64,000 bases of DNA from Blastocladiella emersonii ATCC 22665 (Eukaryota; Fungi; Blastocladiomycota): assembly GCA_025594325.1 (NCBI GenBank), contig JANHCV010000005.1:434001-498000 (forward strand), in the 5' to 3' direction. The stretch's first letter is position 1, and each line of letters starts with the position of its first letter. This document shows positions 1-11,257 of the stretch, piece after piece. The notes beneath the pieces were generated by a model. That model had not been told where the DNA came from, ran no database searches, and was given only the letters and a program-made list of their open reading frames with translations. The position numbers were made by a program, and so were the translations under genes.

Positions 1-53
1 ACGCGTCTCCTCCCCGCCCGCAACTCCACGCAACGCAACGAACGATTGTCGCC

Positions 54-1839
54 ATGGCCGCCGCCGCCGTGCAGACCCCGATCCCCGCGGCCGAGCTGGC
101 CGACGTGCCGTCCGCGCCCGTCATCATGGCTTTCTCGTCGTACTACGACGACCTGTACCGCCAAGTCCGCGCCAAGACCATTCCGTGGGAGGTAGGCGGA
201 ACGACGCTCGGTTTATCGGACGCTCGGCTGACGCGGCGAACGTGTGTAACAAACAGGGCTACCAGCGCGCTTCCATGATCAGCGACAGCGACCTGGCCAT
301 GATCCAGGAGTACGACCGCCAGTCGGCGCCGCTCAAGCAGCAGCTGATCCAGACGGTAAGCGGACGCGGGCGGATCGCGCGGGCGACGGGTCGCTGACGC
401 CAAGCGTGCCGCGCATGTAGCAACCGGGCGCCTACATCCCGCTCCTCGTGCGCCTGCTGAGCGCGCTGCTGCGCGAGGACACGGTCCAGTACCTGCTCGC
501 CCTCATCGACGAGGTGCTCATGAGTACGATGCGCTTTCGCTGCGGGTTCGCTCCACCCGGCTGACGCGGCATCTCGCGTCTAGGCCACCCTGACGCGGCC
601 GCGCAGTTCCACAAGCTCTCGGTGCTCGACGCGTCGCTGCCCTACGCGCCGTTCCTCAAGTGCGTGCGCACAACCGGTTCGGCGGTACCGAAGCGAGACT
701 TACCTCCTCGCGCGCCGCGCCGCGTCTGTGTTTAGGCTCCTCGGCAAGGACGACCCCTTCACGTCGCTTGCCTCGGCCAAGATCGTCACGCTCCTCCTCT
801 GGTACGCTCAATCGCGAGCGTCGCGTCGCTTGCCACCACGTCGCGTACCGCCGATCCACTCACCGCGACACGTCCACGCAGCACGCAGAAGAGCACGGAC
901 CAGCCGACGGTCGACCTGGGTGTGCTGTTCGCGGCGCTCAACTCGAGCCTGCACAACCCGTCGCCGGACGTGGTGGACGCGACGGTGCAGCACCTGCAGA
1001 GTCTGCTGAGCGTGCCGAGTCTGCGCCTGCCCATTTACGACTACCAGGGCGGCAAGCTCGTGTCGGGTCTGCTCGACGTGCTGGTGGCGCAGGCGAGCCC
1101 GCAGCAGCAGTACCAGGTGATCTTCTGCCTGTGGCTGCTGTCGTTCGAGTCGGACGCGGCCAAGGAGATGGAGGGCAAGTTCCACGTGGTGACGCCGCTT
1201 ACGGACATTGCCAAGGGCGCCATCAAGGAGAAGGTGATCCGCGTGGTGCTGGCGCTGTTCCGCAACCTGTCGCAGCTGGCGCCGGCCGAGACGACCGTGT
1301 CGATGATCGGCAGCAAGCTGCTGCCCTTCCTCGACGTGCTCAAGCAGCGCAAGTTTGCCGACACGGAGGTGGCCGACGACATCGAGCACCTGCAGCTGCA
1401 CCTGCGCGAGTCGCTGCAGCGGCTGTCGTCGTTTGACGAGTACGTGGGCGAGGTGGTGTCGGGCAAGCTCGAGTGGTCACCCGCGCACGAGTCGGAGATC
1501 TTCTGGAAGCAGAACATTGCGCGGTTCGCGGACCGCGACAACGAGCTCGTCCGCGCGCTCGCCCGGCTCCTCGTCACGAGCAGCGACCCGATCGTGCTCC
1601 AGGTGGCCGCGCACGACCTCGGCCAGTACATCAAGCACCACCCGACGGGCAAGAAGCTGCTGCAGGATATCGGGGCCAAGCACCGGCTCATGGAGATGAT
1701 GACGCACGAGAACGCGGACGTGCGGTACCAGGCGCTCATGGCCGTGCAGAAGCTCGTGTCGCAGAGCTGGTACGTTTTCTTGGGTTGCGGCCATGGCCAG
1801 GCGCTGACCACTCCCGCTCGATTGTGTAGGACGACGTGA
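54..1839 (+). CDS. VMA13: V-type ATPase subunit H (multi-exon)
   Basis: Spliced reading YYDDLYRQVRAKTIPWE/GYQRASMIS ... LEWSPAHESEIFWKQN ... VAAHDLGQYIKHHPTGKKLLQDIGAKHRLMEMMTHENADVRYQALMAVQKL matches V-ATPase H N- and C-terminal domains. Several short GT-AG introns with CTGAC branch sites; last exon ends W-T-T-stop at 1839. Confidence 0.93.
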
Positions 1840-2819
1840 TCTCCTCCATCGTGTCGCGCGCGTGCGCTCCTCTCCCTTACCCTCTGATCCCCTGCTGTCT
1901 CGCTCGCTGAATTCGACCATTTCACGCAACATGCTCGTGTGGCGAAGGGGTGGGGCGGGTGTGTGGCGCAGCACCCAGGCCCTTGAGTCGGCCTTCTTGG
2001 CGCACTCGCCGTCGTCGCCAAGAACGAACTTCACTGTCGGCGAGTACCACGCCAGGAACTCAGAGAGAGAGGACTTGGCGGCGATCGGCTCGCTTGAGGG
2101 TGAGAAGAAACGTCTCCCAGCGAGCCAAACACGCGCGCGCCGCCGTGTCTCCACCCGCACGCGCTGCGCCGCGCCGCGTGTCTCCGGCCGCGACCACTTG
2201 CCCGAAGCGCGCACGCGTCGCGCGAGTCGCGTGTCGCGACGTGTGCCGGGCAGCCGCCGTCGCGCCGGGGCCCTCTCCTCCCTCCCTGAACCGCTGCACC
2301 GGGACCGACCCACGACCGTGCGAAGCGACGCCATCGACGACACGAAGCCCGTCCATCCACCCCGATCGCGCGCAAGGCTCCGAGCCAGCCAGCCACGCGT
2401 GCTCGCTAGATTTATAGACGACGACGGCCCGCGTCCCTGCACCGAGTGCGGTGCCTGACCGACGACGCCGAGCCGCAGCAGCCGCGAGTGGCCCACGCAG
2501 AAGCGCAGAAGAACGCCACGTCCGGGGGTCGCGCCTTCGCCTCACCTCCCTCGACCGATTCCGCTCCCGCTCCCCTCGCCAACCTACTCTGCGACGCATC
2601 GACCACCCACACCCACGCATCTTGCTGCACTCGATTGCGCGCGCCGACCCCGTCACCCGACCACCGACCGACCGCCGGCTGTGCTGAGCACGCCCGCCCG
2701 ACACCGCAGCAGCAGCAGCCGCGCCACTCGCCTGCTCGCTCCTCTACCCTCCCTCCCTCTGCGCACACTCCTCGAAAACCGTCCAAATCCTACCTACCCC
2801 CCGCACCTCGCCGCCCACC

Positions 2820-5800
2820 ATGCTCGGCACGCTGAGGCGAGGCAACTCCAAGGCCAACCTCGGGTCGCGCTTCATCCACATCAACGACGAGAAGAAGAAC
2901 GACGCGAGCAAGTTCATCCACAACGGCATCAGCACGGCCAAGTACAACGTCATCACGTTCCTGCCCAAGTTCCTGTTCGAGCAGTTCTCCAAGTATGCCA
3001 ACGTCTTCTTCCTGTTCACGGCCATCATCCAGCAGATCGACGACATCTCGCCCACGTCCAAGCTGACCACCATCATCCCGCTGACGGCCGTGCTGCTCGC
3101 CACCGCGGGCAAGGAGATGATGGAGGACTTCAAGCGCCACGCCGCCGACAACCAGGTCAACGCGCGCCAGGTCAAGGTGCTCGCCGGGTCGCGCTTCGTG
3201 GAGAAGCGCTGGGACCAGGTCAAGGTCGGCGACGTGCTGCGCGTCGACAACTCCGAGTTCTTTGCCGCCGACCTGATCCTGCTCGCCTCGTCCGAGCCCG
3301 ACGCCATCTGCTACATCGAGACCTCCAACCTCGACGGCGAGACCAACCTCAAGATCAAGCAGGGCCGCAAGGAGACGGCCGACCTGACCACGCCCGACGC
3401 CGTCGCGCGGCTCGGCGGCGTCGTCGAGTCGGAGCAGCCCAACAACTCGCTCTACACCTTCGACGGCACCATGCGCCTCTCGACGGGCGCCACGGTCCCG
3501 CTCGACCCGTCGCAGATCCTCCTGCGCGGCGCGCAGCTCCGCAACACGCCGTGGATCTACGGGCTGGTCGTGTTCACGGGGCACGAGTCCAAGCTCATGC
3601 GCAACGCGTCGGCCGCGCCCATCAAGCGCACCAACGTCGAGCGCATGACCAACGTCCAGATCGTGTTCCTGTTCGTGATCCTGCTCACGCTCGCGCTCGC
3701 GTGCTCGATCGGCACCTGGGCGCTCGAGGCCGGCGCCATGCCGTGGTTCATCCCGCCGTCCAACCGCGCCGCCGTCGTCGAGTTCATCCGCAACATCCTC
3801 ACCTTCATCATCCTCTTCAACAACCTGATCCCGATCTCGCTCATCGTCACCATGGAGGTCGTCAAGTACCAGCAGGCCCAGCTCATCAACGCCGACCTCG
3901 ACATGTACTACGAGCCCACCGACACGCCCGCCCTGTGCCGCACGTCCTCGCTCGTCGAGGAGCTCGGCCAGATCGAGTACATTTTCTCGGACAAGACGGG
4001 CACCCTCACCTGCAACGTCATGGAGTTCCGCCAGTGCATCATCGCCGGCAAGTGCTACTCGAACCAGCTGCCCGAGGGCAAGCGCAGCGGCGACCCCATG
4101 TCGGACGGCAGCACGCTCCCGCTGTACGACTTCAACACGCTGGCGCAGGACTTTTCGACCGAGTTCGGCGCGTACGTGCACGAGTTCTTCCTGTTCCTCG
4201 CGGCGTGCCACACGGTGATTCCCGAGGTCGACCCGGACGACATCAAGGGCGAGATCAAGTACCAGGCGGCGTCGCCCGACGAGGGCGCGCTGGTCGGCGG
4301 CGCGCGCGAGGTCGGCTACGTGTTCCACATGCGGCGGCCGACCACCATCACGGTCAACGTGCGCGGCCGCGACATGGAGATCGAGGTGCTCAACATCTGC
4401 GAGTTCAACTCGACGCGCAAGCGCATGTCGGCGGTCCTCCGGTTCCCCGACGGCACCATCAAGCTGTACTGCAAGGGCGCCGACACGGTCATCTTCGAGC
4501 GCCTCGACCACCGCGCCGGCGCTAACGCCTACGTCGATATCACCACCCAGGCCCTCGAGGAGTACGCGTCCGAGGGGCTCCGCACCCTGTGCATGGCCCA
4601 TCGCACCATCCCCGAGCAGGAGTACCGCGAGTGGGCCGAGATCTACGACCGCGCCGCGACCACGCTCGTCAACCGCGCCGACGAGCTCGACAAGGCCGCC
4701 GAGCTCATCGAGAAGAACCTCGTCCTCCTCGGCGCCACCGCCATCGAGGACAAGCTCCAGGACGGCGTCCCCGAGACGATCGCCACGCTGGCCATGGCCG
4801 GGATCAAGATCTGGTACGCTTTTCGTTCGCGATAGGAGCACGAACGGCACTGACCCGCGTCTCCGTGTCCGCGTCCAGGGTGCTCACGGGCGACCGGCAG
4901 GAGACGGCCATCAACATCGGCTACTCGTGCAAGCTGCTGACCGAGGACATGAACCTGCTGACCATCAACTACGACACGTACCCGGAGACCAAGATGGAGC
5001 TCGAGCGGCAGCTCAAGCAGGTGCGCGACCTGCGCGCGGGCGCCACGGCGGCCGGCGAGCAGAACGAGTCGCTCGCCCTCATCATCGACGGCCGCACGCT
5101 CGACTTCGCGCTCGAAAAGGACCTCGAGAAGACTTTCCTCGAGCTCGCGTGCAACTGCAAGGCCGTCATCTGCTGCCGCGTCTCGCCGCTCCAGAAGGCC
5201 CTTGTCGTCAAGCTCGTCAAGCGCCACCGCAACTCGCTGCTGCTCGCCATCGGTGACGGCGCGGTACGTTTTCTTCGAGGATTGGCCGGTTTGAGACGTG
5301 AGCTGACACTCGGAGCGCTCGTGTAGAACGACGTGTCCATGATCCAGGCGGCGCACGTCGGCGTCGGCATCAGCGGCATGGAGGGTCTGCAGGCGGCGCG
5401 CAGCGCCGACTTCGCCATCTCGCAGTTCCGGTACCTGCGCAAGCTGCTGCTTGTGCACGGGGCGTGGTCGTACCAGCGGCTGTCCAAGCTCATCCTCTAC
5501 TCGTTCTACAAGAACATTTGCCTGTACATGACGCAGTTCTGGGTACGTCTGGCTGCTGCGTTCGTGTTCCGATGGCGCGCGCGCGTGGGCTGACGTTTGA
5601 GTGCGGCATGTGTAGTTTGCCATCTACAACGGGTTCTCGGGGCAGACCATCTACGAGTCGTGGACCATCTCGTACTACAACGTGGCGTTCGCGGTGCTGC
5701 CGCCGCTCATCATCGGCATCTTCGACCAGTTTGCGAGCGCACGCATGCTCGACCGGTACCCGCAGATGTACATGCTCGGGCAGCGCGGCGAGTTCTTCAA

Positions 5801-6428
5801 CGTCAAGATCTTCTGGAGCTGGACGTTCAACGCGTTCTGGCACAGCGTGCTGCTGTACTTTGTGGCGATGCTCATCTTCAACGTGGACGCCATCTTCGCG
5901 ACGGGGTTCGTGGGCGGGCACTGGGCGCTCGGGTGCACGCTGTACACGGCGGTGCTGGCGACGGTGATCCTCAAGGCGGCGCTGATCACGGACCTGTGGA
6001 CCAAGTGGGCGTGGATGGCGACGTTCGGGTCGATCGGGCTCTGGATGGTGTTCCTGCCCGTGTACTCGCTGATCGCGCCGCGGCTGCGGTTCTCGGCCGA
6101 GCTGCTCGGCATGGAGATGCTGTACACGTCGCCCGTGTTCTGGTTCACGATCATCGTGCTCCCCGTGCTGTGCCTGACGCGCGACTTTGCGTGGAAGTAC
6201 TTCAAGCGCATGTACGCGACGCGGTCGTACCACATTGTCCAGGAGATCCAGAAGTTCAACATCCCCGACTACCGCCCGCGCATGGAGCGGTTCCGCCAGG
6301 CCGTCCACAAGGTGCGCATGATCCAGCGGCTCAAGCGCAACCGCGGGTTCGCCTTCTCGCAGAACGAGTCGGGCCAGGCCGACCTCATCCGCGTCTACGA
6401 CACGACCCGGAGAAAGCCGCGCGGGTGA
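2820..6428 (+). CDS. DRS2: P4-type phospholipid flippase, DRS2/ATP8A type (3 introns near 4815, 5265, 5543)
   Basis: [19 protein letters not shown] phosphorylation motif, [50 protein letters not shown], and the C-terminal GFAFS autoregulatory motif. Confidence 0.93.
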
Positions 6429-7146
6429 GCGCGTGGTCGTGGTCGCGGTCGTGGTCGGTGGTCGCGGCCGTGGTCGCTGTGGCCACGGTGGTTTCGTCCC
6501 GCACCCTCCCTCCCTTCCCTTTTGTGTTGTTCCCTCTCTCTGTTGTTCCCCTCCACCATTCACGTCCCGTTTTTCTCAAGTATTCGCGGTTCATTAGACG
6601 ACTCGTGCACTCTATCCCGGTGGCCGCGATGGACGCGATGAGCGCGATGCGCAGGCCGGCGCCACGTGCGCGGGGCTGCGGTTTAGGTTGCGTCGGGCGG
6701 GCAAGCCACCGCGACGCCACCCGCTCGCTTCGAAGGCCGCTGGCTGGGTGCTGAGGGAGGAGGCCCCACTCTCATCTCGGCAGAAGCATCGCTCGCACAG
6801 CGCAACGTAGCACACGCACCGCCGGCTCACGCAACTCGCCGCACTCGCTCGCGGAACCACGCACCGACCTCGCCGCGGGATCCTCGCGCTGCTGTCTCTC
6901 CGCCGCCGTCGCCGCCGAGCGCTGTGTCTCAGATTCGCCAGCCGCACTCGCACTCGCACCTCGGTCTCGCTCTGTTGCCCACCGACCTCGACGACGGCCG
7001 TAAGCGACCTGTGCCTGAGCCACCCGTCCTGCGCTTGCTCGAACCGGCCGGTCCATTGCGCCCGCTCGGCCGCCGCCACCCTTCGTCCGCCTCGCCGAAG
7101 CTATCATTAGACGCGCTGGCTCTCGCAAACCATTGAAGACACGAAG

Positions 7147-9743
7147 ATGGCGCACACCTCGTCGCCGCGCCGCCGAGAAGGCGCTCCGCGGAGACCCGTC
7201 TCGTCGCCACCGTCGTCGTCGCGGTTCGCCGTGCTGCTCGCCGCGCTGCTCGTCCTCGTCGCGCTCGTCGGCTCGGTTGCCGCCGGTACGTCACTCCGCG
7301 GCCCACTCAACAGGTCGCCGACCGACTCACGGCCCTCGAACCCGTAGACTGCTGCACGGCGATCGGCGTCGTGTCGGACGCGGCCACGCCGCAGCAGTTC
7401 ACGGTGCAGGTGATGGGCAAGGGCTCCGGGTTCTACGCCCTCAACAAGCGGTACGAGGTGCAGATCGTGTTCCCGTCGACCTTCTCGATACAGCCGCCCA
7501 TCGCCATGTACACGCTGTCGCAGGCCAACTGCACGCGCGCCGTCAACTCGGCCAACAACAACAACAACAACAACAACGCCTTCATGTGCAGCTACGCCTC
7601 CGACAACCCCGCCCACCCGACCGACTTCGGCGTCGAGTTCAAGGTCATCGTCCCGCCCGCCGCCCCCGGCCAGCCGGCCGCCCAGCCCGCGCCCACCTCG
7701 GTCGTCGTCAACACCGAAAAGTGCCCCGTCGTCAACGCCCTCGCCTCGTGCCCCGCCGCCGCCGACCCCGTCGCGCCCAGCGACAGGGATTCTGGGAGTG
7801 GGTCCGGCCTCAAGATCGACTCGATGATCAACCTCAGCTTCCTCGGCACCGTGCCGCTCTGGCTCGTCGTCATCGTCGGCCTCCTCCTCGCCGGCATGCT
7901 CATCGGCTTCCTCGGCGTCTGCTACCGCAACTACCGCGGCAACCCCGAGCGCCGCAACGGCGGGTCCGGGTCGGGGCCCGGCTCGCGCGGCGGGCCCGGC
8001 GGCAGCGGCAGCCCCAACTCGAGGTTCACGCCCACGCTGCCCACCTTCGTCGAGAACGACCGCCGCAAGGAAATGGATCCCGCCGACCCGTCGTGGTGGC
8101 GCCGCCATGCCGGGAATGGGGGCGGGGACCCGTCGTCGCGCACGGGCACTGGCTCCCGCACGCTCGTCGGCAGTATCGGGAACGGGAACAGCAACGGCAA
8201 CGGCGGCGGCAGCGCGAGCGGGATGCTCCCGTCGGCCGCGTCCGGGTCGACCAAGCGGCTCATTGAGCAGAAGGCCAACGGCGAGTGGGTCATGAACCAC
8301 CAGGGCTCGCCCGCGCGCCCGCTCGCCGCCAACGAGCTCTTCGACACCCGGTCCGACTCGACGCTCGACCCCGTCGACCAGGTCACCATCCCCGCCCACC
8401 TCCTCGGCACCTCGGGCGGTAAGTCGCTCAAGTCGCCGCCGACCGTCGCCACCCGCGCGCCCATCTCGCTCGACGACCCGTCCACGGGCACCTACAACTC
8501 GCCCCGGTCCACGCCAAACGTCAGCTCGTCGATCCCGCCCTCGGGCGCATCGTCGTTTGGCGCCGGCGGGATCTACGACGGCGGAAACGCCATCGCCATG
8601 TCGAACCTCGGCGGCGGCGGCGGTAGTCGCGGCGGCGCTCATGCCGGCGGCGAGCCCGAGGTCCTCGAGATCCCCTCGACGCGCCACCGCGGCACCGCCG
8701 GCCGGTCGGCCGCTGCCGCCGCGCCCCTCGCGGGCTCGCCCGCGTCGACGCTCTCGCTCAACAAGGCGTACAAGAAGGGCGCCGCCGGCGCGTCCCTGCA
8801 GCGCACGCCGAGCAACGGGTCCGGCCACCCGTCCACGCACTCGTCGGGCGGCGCCGCGCTCGCGGCCGTGCACGGCGCCGGCATGACGATGCACGTCCCG
8901 CTCAAGCACCGGCCGAGCGTTGCCGGCGGCCATGGGGCTGGTAACGCGGCGCCGCTCATCCAGCTCGACGCGCAGGAGCTCGAGATCCCCGCCACGGTGC
9001 GCCGGTCGCGCTCGTACAAGCGCGAGAAGGGCGCCGGGCCTTCCGCCTCGGCCGCTGCGCCCGTCGCGCCCGCGGCCGCCCCCGCGGCTGTTGGCGGAAA
9101 CAACCGCCTCGCGCCCGCGCCGTCGCTCCGCCGCACACCCTCGGCATCGCGCCGCGCCCCCGAAACCTCGGCCGCCGCCGTCGCCGCCGCCATCTCGCGG
9201 CCCGGCGTCGTGATCGGGTCCGACCCGCTCAACCCCGCGTACGCCGGCGAGTACGAGGACCCCAACGACCTCGCCGCCATGGGCATCAAGCCCAACTCGC
9301 CCGAAAAGGACGACCGCATCCGCAACTGGGCCGGCGTCATTGCCACCATCAAGACCGACACCATGGAGCGGCCCGCGGGCGCCGCGGCGGCCGCAGCGGC
9401 AGCCGAGGCCGACGACGAGGAGGAGGAGGACGAGCCGATCGGCGTCACGCTCACGCGCGGCGGGTCCGGGCTCGCGCGGAAAACGACGCGGGCAGCGGCG
9501 GCGGCTGCCGCGGCCGCGGCGAGCGACTCGGACGACGAGGCTCCGCTCGCGTTCACGATGCCCCGCGGCGGCGCGCCCGCGGGAGGAGCGGGAGCAGCGC
9601 AGGGTACGTCGTCCCGCGCGCGACCCGCGATGCTGCGCAGCGACGACGAGAGCGAGGAGGAGGACGTGCCATTGGCGGCCGTCGTCAACTCGATGCAGCG
9701 CGAAAGGCAGGTCGACGACGTGATCAACTCGTACATGCGGTGA
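7147..9743 (+). CDS. Single-pass membrane protein (signal peptide, small Cys-containing ectodomain, TM, long low-complexity tail), function unknown
   Basis: Hydrophobic N-terminal segment (FAVLLAALLVLVALVGSVAA), GT-AG intron about 7286-7347, then the 790-aa ORF with TM LWLVVIVGLLLAGMLIGFLGVCY followed by basic residues. Host-like codon usage; (AAC)n run near 7554-7578. Confidence 0.7.
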
Positions 9744-10125
9744 TCGGGTCGGATCGGACGCGGGTTTTGTGTAATCTTTGTTGTGTTTGTTTGTCCCTCT
9801 TGCTCTCTCGTCTCCTCTTCTCATAGGTTGTGTGTCACTATCGTATCGTCTACATCGGTTGTTATGGCAGCTTGCTGAGTTCGTGGTCGGAGCCGAGTTG
9901 GGATGGTGGTCCCGCCCATGGCCATGGACACAGTTGCGACCGCGGCCACGCTACGGCGGGTCGATTCATCAAGACCAGCGTCTGCCGGGGACAGAACCGA
10001 GTGTTGGGGTTTCGTTCAGCTTATGGACTGCCTGCTCCGTGACAACACGAAGTTCAAAGTGCACGCGGGAGGTCTTTGCGCGCGAGCGGACCCTGGCAGT
10101 TCCACGCGACGAGTCGTGATGCAAG

Positions 10126-11167
10126 TGTCGTATCCCTTAAGGGATACGACATGGGCTGACCCACTGCCACTCGGGCTGACCAATTGCTTACCCCGAGCGG
10201 TTGGCAGCAGTCACTCGGGGTAACCACGTGAGACCCCGTTGCTTACCCCGGGTGGTTAATAATATGTCGGATTCAAATGTCGGATTCCCTTAGGGAACAC
10301 GACACGCGGGCGGAGGCCGAAGGCCGAAGAAGGGCGGCGGCGGGCGGGGTCACGTGGGTCACGTGCAGATGAACGGCGCGTGGACACGGCTGCGAGTCGA
10401 TCTGCGAGTCGATCTGCGAGACAAGTCCGAGAGCAGATCCCTGAGCCCGTCCCTGACCAACCGCTCGGGCTGACCATTGCTTACCCCGAGCGGTCGGCGG
10501 CGGCCGGCGAGCGCAGCGAGACGAAGAGCAGCGCAGCTGCGGCTACCCACTGACAGAGTTCCCTGGTCTGGTCCCTGAGCACAGCTGCAAGTCGATCTGT
10601 TTGGTCGCGGCAATAGGCCCTTGAAGGCTCTTGGAATAATTCCACGAGAGGTCGGCGGTCAGTCCAAGAACGCAAGCAGCGACCCAGGTCGGCGACCACG
10701 GAGTCACTCCACGAGCCGGCCCACGACTTGGTCGGCGACTTGGTCGCGGCAATAGGCCCTTGAAGGCTCTCGGAATAATTCCACGAGAGGTCGGCGGTCA
10801 GTCCAAGAACGCAAGCAGCGACCCAGGTCGGCGACCAGCCCCTGACGGCTCTCGATGGCCGCCCCGAACTGGACCGGGTTGGAGCTCACTGGACCGGGTT
10901 CAAAGACAACCCGGTCCATGAAATTCGCTCGGGGTAAGCCATGGACCGGGTTGACCGGGTTGACCGGGTTGTTTTAAAGTAACAGTGTAGTGAAAAGGGG
11001 GGGAGGGACCGCTCCAGTGCCACTCTTCCCCCCCTTTCAAATCCCTAAAGGTCAATCGACCCCCTCAACCCGGTCCACCCGGTCCATGGCTTACCCCGAG
11101 CGAATTTCAATTGACTTGGTCCATTGAACCCGGTCCATGGCTTACGGCGAACGATTCAAAGGGCGGG
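10126..11167 (+). repeat. Left terminal inverted repeat
   Basis: Colinear reverse complement of 24928-25969 (paired coordinates sum to 36095 throughout, e.g. identical spurious ORFs 10704-10919 and 25176-25391); about six mismatches seen by eye. Confidence 0.95.
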
Positions 11168-11257
11168 AAACCTGGTCCAGGCTGCCGTGACCCGGTCGCT
11201 GCAAGTACAGTAAACAAAAGGTACAAAGTTGTATTCACAAAGGAGTCTCTGGACTCG

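Noticed and set aside
7107-9824. 905-aa minus-strand ORF and many other long antisense or shifted ORFs over host genes
   Set aside because: Shadow ORFs typical of high-GC coding DNA; no motifs, and they overlap well-supported genes.
10137-10140. piggyBac-like TTAA target duplication at both ends
   Set aside because: TIR identity continues outside TTAA to TG/CA, where a 5-bp GCAAG duplication appears. TTAA is the palindrome centre, not the TSD.
10256-10919. Short ORFs duplicated at 25176-25839
   Set aside because: They exist twice only because they lie in the TIRs; no start context or coding bias.
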